Source: Paracoccus suum
Lineage (GTDB): Bacteria; Pseudomonadota; Alphaproteobacteria; Rhodobacterales; Rhodobacteraceae
Length of the DNA stretch: 32,000 bases
Direction: 5' to 3'
Assembly: GCF_003324675.1 (NCBI RefSeq)
Contig: NZ_CP030918.1
Coordinates: forward strand, 1,950,001 to 1,982,000
A program made the translations under genes and the position numbers. The notes below the pieces were generated by a model that had not been told where the DNA came from, searched no databases, and was given only the letters and a program-made list of their open reading frames with translations. Positions 26,304 through 32,000 of this stretch are shown here, in pieces (position 1 is the stretch's first letter; each line of letters opens with the position of its first letter).

Positions 26304-26909
26304 ATGCTGGACCGGGACTGTCATGACCACTCTGACTTTCGCGCACATTTCGTTCGCGAGCCTGCAGCGCTCAAGCATCATCCGGCGCTGGTACTGAATG
26401 CCGACTACCGCCCGCTCAGCTACTACCCGTTATCGCTCTGGCCCTGGCAGGAGGCGATCAAGGCGGTGTTCCTGGACCGGGTCGACATCATCGCCGAATA
26501 TGACGAGGTGGTGCACAGCCAACGCACGCAGATCCGCATCCCGTCGGTTGTGGTCCTGCGCGATTACGTCAAGCCGCGAAAGCGCGTCGCCTTTACCCGC
26601 TTCAACCTGTTCCTGCGCGACGAATTCCGCTGCCAGTATTGCGGGGCCAAGGGCGATCTGACCTTCGATCACGTGGTTCCGCGCTCGCGCGGTGGGCAGA
26701 CCAGTTGGGAGAACGTGGTGGCTGCCTGCTCGCCCTGTAATCTGCGCAAGGCGAATCGCAGTCTGCGACAGTGCGGGATGCAGCTGCGCCGTCCGGCGCG
26801 CCGGCCCACCACCGAGGAAATGCACGCCACCGGCAGGCGCTTTCCGCCGAACCATTTCCACGAAAGCTGGATCGACTATCTTTACTGGGACGTCGAGCTG
26901 GAAAGCTGA
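26304..26909 (+). CDS. HNH endonuclease (stand-alone, McrA/COG1403-like)
   Basis: Track ORF of 201 aa behind an AAGGGGA RBS. HNH core: CQYCGAKGDLTFDHVVPRSRGGQTSWENVVAACSPCNLRKANR. Confidence 0.85.
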   Translation: MLDRDCHDHSDFRAHFVREPAALKHHPALVLNADYRPLSYYPLSLWPWQEAIKAVFLDRVDIIAEYDEVVHSQRTQIRIPSVVVLRDYVKPRKRVAFTRFNLFLRDEFRCQYCGAKGDLTFDHVVPRSRGGQTSWENVVAACSPCNLRKANRSLRQCGMQLRRPARRPTTEEMHATGRRFPPNHFHESWIDYLYWDVELES

Positions 26910-26927
26910 GAAGGGGCGGGCGTGGGT

Positions 26928-27089
26928 CTAGTGCACCCGCGCCGCCAGATGGACCGCCGCAGCGGCGATCAGCGCCGGAATGGCGAGCGCGGCCAGCGGC
27001 AGGCCCGCGGCGCTTGCCGCCCATAGGGTGAGGCCGGCGATCAGGATCACGGCCACAATCAACAGCAGGAAATGGGGCAGGGTCATCAT
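26928..27089 (-). CDS. Small hydrophobic (two-TM) protein, 53 aa, hypothetical
   Basis: C-terminal part of track ORF 26928..27392, trimmed to the tandem ATGs at 27089/27086 behind an AGGAAAGG RBS (complement of 27093..27100). MMTLPHFLLLIVAVILIAGLTLWAASAAGLPLAALAIPALIAAAAVHLAARVH. The upstream part of the track ORF is Arg/Cys-rich and implausible. Confidence 0.45.
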   Translation of the reverse strand: MMTLPHFLLLIVAVILIAGLTLWAASAAGLPLAALAIPALIAAAAVHLAARVH

Positions 27090-27253
27090 CGGGCCTTTCC
27101 TTATCCCCCGATTATGGGGACGGCAGGGGGCAAAGAAAAGGGTTCTCGGGTGGTCTGGCGCCGCCGTCCGCAGGGTTTCGCACGCGGGCAGGCGGGACAT
27201 TTGCGAGGGTGAGTCGCGGCAACGCCGAGGGAGTGCCGGCCGAAAGAGAGTGT

Positions 27254-27844
27254 CTACTGCAGGGTGCGCATCCAGAACTGTAGCGGCTTTGACGTCTCCT
27301 CGCTCGCGCCGACATCGCACCAGGCAAGCTCTCCGACCACTCCCGGCACGGGAGAATAGCCGCGCGCAGTCCAGATGTCCTCGGCCGGGCATTCAACCGC
27401 GCGCTGCGCCGGGTGATCATCCGGACGCACGAGGGCGAAAAATGCGATGTGGCGCCGGCCGAGGGCACGCGCCCAGGCCTCGGCATGATCGAAAAAGCCT
27501 TCGGTGACGCTGCGGGCCCGGTGGGTCGGTAGGATCATCGGCTGGCCGAGGTAAAGGATCGTCTCGGGTGCCTCGTCGCGGGCGCGAAAGGCGGCAACGA
27601 TATGGCAGGACTGCATTTCCAACGGGATGGCATTGCACATCCCGACCAGCCGGCTGCCATGTATCGCACCCAGGACCAGTCCCTGCGGCTCTGTCCAATA
27701 GGGGGAAAGATAGGCGCGTTCGTATTCCACATTGGTCGCGTAGAGATAGGGCCACCCGGCCAGCACGACGACGCGCAACGCAGCGATCTCGTCCAAACGG
27801 CTGGCGATCTCGTCACCTGTCATTGTCCGGACCACGATCATCAT
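27254..27844 (-). CDS. GNAT-fold acetyltransferase-like protein (family with LR..V...WPYLY ... PLQFW motifs)
   Basis: Track ORF of 196 aa. IAALRVVVLAGWPYLYATNVEYERAYL and the C-terminal LAWCDVGASEETSKPLQFWMR resemble a conserved proteobacterial GNAT family, from memory. Start is ambiguous (27844, 27841 or 27823). Confidence 0.6.
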   Translation of the reverse strand: MMIVVRTMTGDEIASRLDEIAALRVVVLAGWPYLYATNVEYERAYLSPYWTEPQGLVLGAIHGSRLVGMCNAIPLEMQSCHIVAAFRARDEAPETILYLGQPMILPTHRARSVTEGFFDHAEAWARALGRRHIAFFALVRPDDHPAQRAVECPAEDIWTARGYSPVPGVVGELAWCDVGASEETSKPLQFWMRTLQ

Positions 27845-27976
27845 CCGACCCTGCGCGCCGGGGACATTCGGGGAAGTACGGTCGCATATGGATATGCCAC
27901 GGTGCCGGCCCCCTGATTAACTTTGTTAAGACAATGTCACGATGAGGAAGCTGGCACAATCGGCCGCGCTTGTAAT

Positions 27977-27991
27977 GTTCATGGAATGTTC
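27977..27991 (+). promoter_or_regulatory. Alphaproteobacterial-type LexA (SOS) box, GTTC-N7-GTTC
   Basis: Read directly: aatGTTCatggaatGTTCtat. It ends 12 nt upstream of the preferred radical SAM start and is preceded by the -10-like TGTAAT at 27971..27976. Confidence 0.55.
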
Positions 27992-28003
27992 TATTCTAGC
28001 GGA

Positions 28004-29083
28004 ATGCTGCCCCCCTCTGATCCCGACGAGATCCTCAAGGCCCGCGGGGCCGCCAGTCGGCCCAAGGGTCGGTTCGAGCGGCTGGAGGCTGTACGCGAGG
28101 CAGATGGTTGGGACATCCCCGAGGAATCGCGGCTATTGCGCACCGAGGTCGCAATCGAGCGGCCGCGCAGCGTAATCGCCCGCAACACCTCGCCTGACGT
28201 GCCGTTCGACCGCAGCCTGAACCCCTATCGCGGCTGCGAACATGGCTGCATCTACTGCTTTGCCCGGCCGTTCCATAGCTACCTGGGCCTTTCGCCGGGA
28301 CTGGATTTCGAGACCAAGCTGACGGCGCGACCTGATGCGGCAGCGGTGTTGGCGCGCGAAATTGCGCGACCCGGCTATCGTGTGGCGCCCTTAGGAATCG
28401 GCACCGCGACCGATCCCTATCAACCGATCGAGGCTGAATACCGGATCATGCCGCAGATCCTGCGGGTGCTCTCGGACTGGAATCATCCGCTGAGCCTGGC
28501 CACGCGCGGCGCCCTCGTGTTGCGCGACACGGGCCAGCTGGCCGACATGGCAGCACGTCGGCTGGTGCAGGTGGGGATTTCGGTCACCAGCCTCGACCCC
28601 GCCCTGACCCGCAGCCTCGAGCCGCGGGCCCCCGCGCCGGGGACTCGGCTGCGGATGATCGCCGGGCTGGCAGAAGTGGGCGTGCCGGTCCGGGTCATGG
28701 TATCGCCCGTGATCCCGGTGGTGACCGAGCCGGAGGTCGAGGCGATCCTGAGTGCGGCGCGCGATGCAGGGGCGCGCTTTGCCAGCATGATCCCACTGCG
28801 CCTGCCACATGAGGTCGCGCCGCTGTTCCGTGACTGGCTTGACCGGAACATGCCGAGCCGCGCTGCCCACGTCATGAACCGCGTGCAGGCCATGCGGGGC
28901 GGGCGCGACAACGATCCGAACTTTGGCAGCCGGATGCGCGGCGAGGGGATCGCGGCCGACCTGCTACACCAGCGTTTCCGCCTGGCGCGGCGGCGGCTGG
29001 GCTATGAGGAAAAATCACCGCCGCTGGATTGCAGCCAGTTCGGGCCACCGGCAAAGGCGGGCGACCAGCTGTCGTTGTTCTAG
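28004..29083 (+). CDS. Radical SAM protein, PA0069/SplB-like (COG1533, DNA repair photolyase-type)
   Basis: Track ORF 27923..29083 begins at a TTG. I prefer the ATG at 28004 (alternative 27986) because the SOS box occupies 27977..27991. ARGAASRPKGRFE N-terminus and the CxxxCxxC cluster RGCEHGCIYCFARP. Confidence 0.8.
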   Translation: MLPPSDPDEILKARGAASRPKGRFERLEAVREADGWDIPEESRLLRTEVAIERPRSVIARNTSPDVPFDRSLNPYRGCEHGCIYCFARPFHSYLGLSPGLDFETKLTARPDAAAVLAREIARPGYRVAPLGIGTATDPYQPIEAEYRIMPQILRVLSDWNHPLSLATRGALVLRDTGQLADMAARRLVQVGISVTSLDPALTRSLEPRAPAPGTRLRMIAGLAEVGVPVRVMVSPVIPVVTEPEVEAILSAARDAGARFASMIPLRLPHEVAPLFRDWLDRNMPSRAAHVMNRVQAMRGGRDNDPNFGSRMRGEGIAADLLHQRFRLARRRLGYEEKSPPLDCSQFGPPAKAGDQLSLF

Positions 29084-29133
29084 TTTTCTGGCAGCTGGAA
29101 TTTTGGTCAAAGACCGGCTGTAAGGCGCTGATA

Positions 29134-30096
29134 CTATTCGTCTGCGTCCGCTTCGAACTCCGCCATTGCGGCGGCCACCGCCTCTGGCGAGGGTCGTGGG
29201 CCGGGGCCGCGGGCGTCCAGCGCGCGGCGCATCGCGGCGATATGGCGCGGCTCGGTGCCGCAGCAGCCGCCGATGATACGCGCACCCAGATCGCGGGCGA
29301 GAACCGCATACTCGGCCATCTGCTCGGGAGTGCCGTCGTAATGCAGCTCGCCATGGTCCAGGTGCGGCACCCCGGCGTTGGCCTTGGCAATCAGGGTCCG
29401 TTCGGAGCCCGCGGCGGAAAAGGCCGCGATGCTGCGCAGCAGCTCGGTCATGCCGGTGCCGCAGTTGGCGCCGAACGCCACCGGCGGGTAGGGCAGGCGG
29501 TCGACCAGGGCGGCAAGCTGCGCCGGGGTCGCACCCATCATCGTGCGCCCGGCTGTGTCAAAGCTCATGGTGCCGCACCAGTCCATCCCGACGAGGCGCG
29601 CGGCCTCCGCTGCGGCGCGAAACTCCTCGAGCGAGCTGATCGTCTCGATCCACAGCAGATCGGCGCCTCCGGCCTTCAGCGCCTCGGCCTGAGACTGGAA
29701 CATGGCGGTTGCCTGCTGTTGGGTCAGGGTGCCCATCGGGACCATGATCTCGCCGGTCGGGCCGATGCAGCCGGCAACCAGCACAGGGCGGCCCGCGGCA
29801 TCCGCGGCCTGCCGCGCCAGGAAGGCGGCGGCATGGTTCACGGCCCACACCCGGTGCTCGGCCCCGACGAGGCGCAGGCGGGCGGCGGTCCCGCCAAAGC
29901 TGTTGGTCAGGATGATATCGGCGCCGGATTCGATCGCTGCGCGGTGCAGGGCCAGGACGCGGTCGGGATGGGTCTCGTTCCAGACCTCCGGCGCGGTGTC
30001 GCGCCGCAGGCCCATGTTGTAGAGGTTGGTCGCCGTCGCGCCGTCAGCCAGCAGCCATGGCCGGTCGGCCAGCATTTCGGGCAGCGAAGCCGTCAT
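29134..30096 (-). CDS. Homocysteine S-methyltransferase domain protein (stand-alone MetH N-terminal-type / BHMT-like)
   Basis: Track ORF 29134..30204 trimmed to the ATG at 30096 behind a GGAGGT RBS. LLADGATATNL, ILTNSFG, VAGCIGPTG and IIGGCCGT provide the zinc Cys plus CC motif of PF02574. Confidence 0.82.
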   Translation of the reverse strand: MTASLPEMLADRPWLLADGATATNLYNMGLRRDTAPEVWNETHPDRVLALHRAAIESGADIILTNSFGGTAARLRLVGAEHRVWAVNHAAAFLARQAADAAGRPVLVAGCIGPTGEIMVPMGTLTQQQATAMFQSQAEALKAGGADLLWIETISSLEEFRAAAEAARLVGMDWCGTMSFDTAGRTMMGATPAQLAALVDRLPYPPVAFGANCGTGMTELLRSIAAFSAAGSERTLIAKANAGVPHLDHGELHYDGTPEQMAEYAVLARDLGARIIGGCCGTEPRHIAAMRRALDARGPGPRPSPEAVAAAMAEFEADADE

Positions 30097-30130
30097 GTCA
30101 TACCTCCGGCCAGGCCGCGGCTTGCGCCGC

Positions 30131-30445
30131 TCAGCCCTCCGCTTCGATTTGCTCGCGCGCGGTCTGACGCAGCTCGGCCATCTTGCCGCGGATCTCGACC
30201 TCATTGGCCTTGCCCTGCAGGTCGGCCAGCAGCTTGCGCAGCACGTCCTCGTCGCCCGGCTCGTCGAAATCCGTGGTCACGACGCTCATCGCGTACTGGC
30301 TGGCCTCGTCGCCGGACTTGCCGAGCAGCTGGGCAGCCCACTGGCCGAGCAGGCGATTGCGCCGCGCCTCGGCGCGAAAGCGCAGATCGTCGTCGCGGGC
30401 GAACTTGGCCTCTTGCGCGCGTTGGCGGTCGTCGAAGGTGGTCAT
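30131..30445 (-). CDS. DUF1476 protein, homolog of the zeta inhibitory subunit of alphaproteobacterial F1Fo-ATP synthase (104 aa)
   Basis: Track ORF 30131..30610 trimmed to the ATG at 30445 behind CAGGAGAG. MTTFDDRQRAQEAKFARDDDLRFRAEARRNRLLGQWAA.LLGK.GDE...Y...VVTTDFDEPGDEDV is nearly collinear with the Paracoccus denitrificans zeta subunit as I recall it, and has the same length. Confidence 0.8.
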   Translation of the reverse strand: MTTFDDRQRAQEAKFARDDDLRFRAEARRNRLLGQWAAQLLGKSGDEASQYAMSVVTTDFDEPGDEDVLRKLLADLQGKANEVEIRGKMAELRQTAREQIEAEG

Positions 30446-30600
30446 CGGCTCTCTCCTGACAGGTGCGGGTCGATGAGGGGGATATGCAGGCGCGGGAGCT
30501 CGGCCGCAAGGGCGCGCCGCTGTCCGGCCCCTTCCCATGTATTGCCGCGCGAGGGCAAAGCGCCTAAACCTCGCGCAGCATTGATCGGAGGAGCGGCCCG

Positions 30601-31365
30601 ATGGCCTCACGGCGCAAGAAAGTCTACGAGGGCAAGGCCAAGATCCTCTATGAAGGCACCGAGCCGGGCACGCTGATCCAGTATTTCAAGGACGATGCCA
30701 CCGCGTTCAACGCCCAGAAAAAGGCGGTGATCGAGGGCAAGGGCGTGCTGAACAACCGCCTGTCCGAATTCTTCATGACCGGCCTCGGCGCCATCGGTGT
30801 CCCGACCCATTTCATCCGCCGCATCAACATGCGCGAGCAGCTGATCCGGCAGGTCGAGATCATCCCGCTGGAAGTGATCGTGCGCAACTTTGCCGCGGGC
30901 AGCATCTCCAAGCGCCTCGGTATCGAGGAGGGCACAGCGCTGCCGCGCCCGATCGTCGAATACAGCTACAAGGATGATGCGCTGGGCGATCCGATGGTCA
31001 GCGAGGAATATGTCATCGCCTTTGGCTGGGCCAGCCAGCAGGATCTGGACGACATCGTGTCGCTGGCGCTGCGCGTCAACGATTTCCTCTCGGGCGTCTT
31101 TTACGGCGTCGGCATCAAGCTGGTCGATTTCAAGATCGAGATCGGGCGCATCTGGGACGGCGATTTCATGCGCCTGGTCGTGGCTGACGAGATCAGCCCG
31201 GACAGCTGCCGGCTGTGGGACGTGAAGTCCGGCCAGAAGCTGGACAAGGACGTGTTCCGCCGCGATCTGGGCAACCTGACCGACGCCTATACCGAGGTCG
31301 CGCGCCGTCTTGGCGTCCTGCAAGCGAGCCCCGCGCCGATCACCAAGCCCACGCTCATCAACTGA
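30601..31365 (+). CDS. purC: Phosphoribosylaminoimidazole-succinocarboxamide (SAICAR) synthase
   Basis: Track ORF of 254 aa behind a [41 protein letters not shown] and [11 protein letters not shown] are PurC hallmarks. Confidence 0.92.
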   Translation: MASRRKKVYEGKAKILYEGTEPGTLIQYFKDDATAFNAQKKAVIEGKGVLNNRLSEFFMTGLGAIGVPTHFIRRINMREQLIRQVEIIPLEVIVRNFAAGSISKRLGIEEGTALPRPIVEYSYKDDALGDPMVSEEYVIAFGWASQQDLDDIVSLALRVNDFLSGVFYGVGIKLVDFKIEIGRIWDGDFMRLVVADEISPDSCRLWDVKSGQKLDKDVFRRDLGNLTDAYTEVARRLGVLQASPAPITKPTLIN

Positions 31366-31376
31366 AGGCCCCGTTC

Positions 31377-31622
31377 ATGTCCCTCAAAGCCCGCGTCACC
31401 GTCATGCTCAAGGACGGCGTTCTGGACCCGCAGGGTGCGGCGATCCGCCATGCCCTCGGCTCGCTGGGGTTCGGTGGCATCGACGGCGTGCGCCAGGGCA
31501 AGGTGATTGAGCTGGACCTTACCGCGACCGATCCGGCCGCAGCAGAGGCCGAGGTCAAGCGCATGTGCGAGGCACTGCTGGCGAACACGGTGATCGAGCG
31601 CTACCGCGTCGAGATGATCTGA
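31377..31622 (+). CDS. purS: Phosphoribosylformylglycinamidine synthase subunit PurS
   Basis: Track ORF 31215..31622 trimmed to the ATG at 31377, 11 nt after the purC stop. 81 aa: MSLKARVTVMLKDGVLDPQGAAIRHALGSLGF... is typical PurS. Confidence 0.9.
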   Translation: MSLKARVTVMLKDGVLDPQGAAIRHALGSLGFGGIDGVRQGKVIELDLTATDPAAAEAEVKRMCEALLANTVIERYRVEMI

Positions 31623-31634
31623 GCCGACGAAAAA

Positions 31635-31655
31635 GGGGCCGCATCGCTGCGACCC
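31635..31655. repeat. Copy 1 of a duplicated GGGGCCGCATCGCTGCG element (imperfect hairpin). It is preceded by AAAAA, so it looks terminator-like when read on the - strand.
   Basis: Read directly: aaaaaGGGGCCGCatcgctGCGaCCCtt. One stem mismatch relative to copy 2. Confidence 0.5.
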
Positions 31656-31685
31656 TTGAAGGTGGGCCCGTGAGGGCCGGGATCG

Positions 31686-31712
31686 GGGGCCGCATCGCTG
31701 CGGCCCCTTTCT
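31686..31712 (+). terminator. Copy 2 of the same element: perfect 8-bp GC stem, 6-nt loop, TTTCT tail. Rho-independent terminator candidate for purS.
   Basis: Read directly: GGGGCCGC atcgct GCGGCCCC tttct. Confidence 0.6.
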
Positions 31713-31720
31713 GTATCCGG

Positions 31721-32000
31721 TCAGTTCTGCAGCAGATTGGTGATCCGGCGCACCGCCACGCGGCGGTTCTCGCGCACGTCACCTTCTGCCTGAACCTTCA
31801 GGAAGCGCTCGCCATAGCCCTGAACGACCAGGTTTTCGGGGGGCACCTGGAAGTATTCCGACAGCGCCAGGGCCAGCGATTCTGCGCGGCGGTCGGACAG
31901 GGCGAGGTTCGACGCGGGCTGGCCGACGGTGTCGGTATAGCCTTCGACCATGAAGACCTCGCGCGGGTTGGCTTTCACCATGTCGGCGATGGTCTTGCCG
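31721..32000 (-). CDS. OmpA-family (peptidoglycan-associating C-terminal domain) protein, 3' part. The 5' end runs off the right edge of the window.
   Basis: Track ORF 31721..31981. The frame stays open upstream of its first Met to the window edge (...GKTIADMVKANP...). VEGYTDTVGQPASNLALSDRRAESLALAL and RENRRVAV are OmpA_C motifs. Confidence 0.8.
   Translation of the reverse strand, partial: GKTIADMVKANPREVFMVEGYTDTVGQPASNLALSDRRAESLALALSEYFQVPPENLVVQGYGERFLKVQAEGDVRENRRVAVRRITNLLQN

Noticed and set aside
26304-26909. The HNH endonuclease as evidence for a mobile element, homing endonuclease or restriction system
   Set aside because: There are no flanking repeats, transposase or integrase, intron or intein context, methyltransferase or phage genes. 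Codon usage looks native by eye. I treated it as a chromosomal stand-alone gene.
27104-27120. Small hairpin TCCCC-N7-GGGGA next to the RBS of the small membrane ORF
   Set aside because: The stem is only 5 bp, which is expected by chance in this GC-rich DNA.
27917-27929. TTAAC-TTT-GTTAA inverted repeat in the GNAT / radical SAM divergent region, considered as a CtrA-type site
   Set aside because: The CtrA consensus is TTAA-N7-TTAAC, and the spacing here is wrong. A short AT-rich palindrome alone is not enough evidence, although it could be some other regulator's site.
30097-30600. Looked for a SAM-II or cobalamin riboswitch ahead of the homocysteine methyltransferase, and for a ZTP riboswitch ahead of purC
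   Set aside because: The gap before the methyltransferase gene is only 34 nt. The 155-bp region upstream of the zeta-like gene and purC shows no recognisable conserved riboswitch cores by eye. An Infernal scan would be needed to be sure.
1-32000. Searched intergenic regions for tRNA, rRNA, CRISPR repeats, IS ends, integrase or att-like duplications, and toxin-antitoxin or defence gene pairs
   Set aside because: None found. Every gap larger than 100 bp (6527..6852, 7420..7646, 20750..20876, 26136..26303, 27090..27253, 27845..28003, 30446..30600) was read on both strands without seeing tRNA T-arm signatures, regularly spaced repeats or terminal inverted repeats.

Overview
This is a very GC-rich, densely coding bacterial chromosomal window with strong GC3 bias and about 35 supportable genes. 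It most likely comes from an alphaproteobacterium of the Rhodobacterales/Paracoccus type. That inference rests on a DUF1476/zeta-type ATP synthase inhibitor gene, a GTTC-N7-GTTC SOS box and protein similarities recalled from memory.

Gene order, left to right:
- 5' part of selO (-)
- canonical dppABCDF dipeptide ABC operon (-)
- a CAP/SCP-domain lipoprotein (-)
- a roughly 10-kb + strand operon with two tandem paralogous family-5 solute-binding proteins, two permeases, two amidohydrolase-superfamily enzymes wedged between the permease and ATPase genes, and two ATPases
- a convergent GntR/FCD regulator, divergent from a translationally coupled flavin-reductase-like / Asp-Glu-hydantoin-racemase pair
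- an HDAC-type (acetylpolyamine-amidohydrolase-like) gene, divergent from a LivGFHMK-type ABC operon
- a PPOX-class FMN protein
- a stand-alone HNH endonuclease
- a small hydrophobic ORF
- a GNAT-like gene
- an SplB/PA0069-type radical SAM gene behind an SOS box
- a homocysteine S-methyltransferase plus the zeta-like gene (-)
- purC-purS (+)
- the 3' part of an OmpA-family gene (-)

I saw no rRNA, tRNA, CRISPR array, transposase, integrase or phage genes. I do not see a convincing novel defence or mobile system. The most interesting unexplained unit is the 7.6-19.7 kb transporter/amidohydrolase/racemase locus, which carries a shared TTGTCAAC operator-like motif. Many very long ORFs in the supplied track (up to 963 aa) are antisense shadows of real genes. 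All family assignments come from motif recognition by eye, with no database search.
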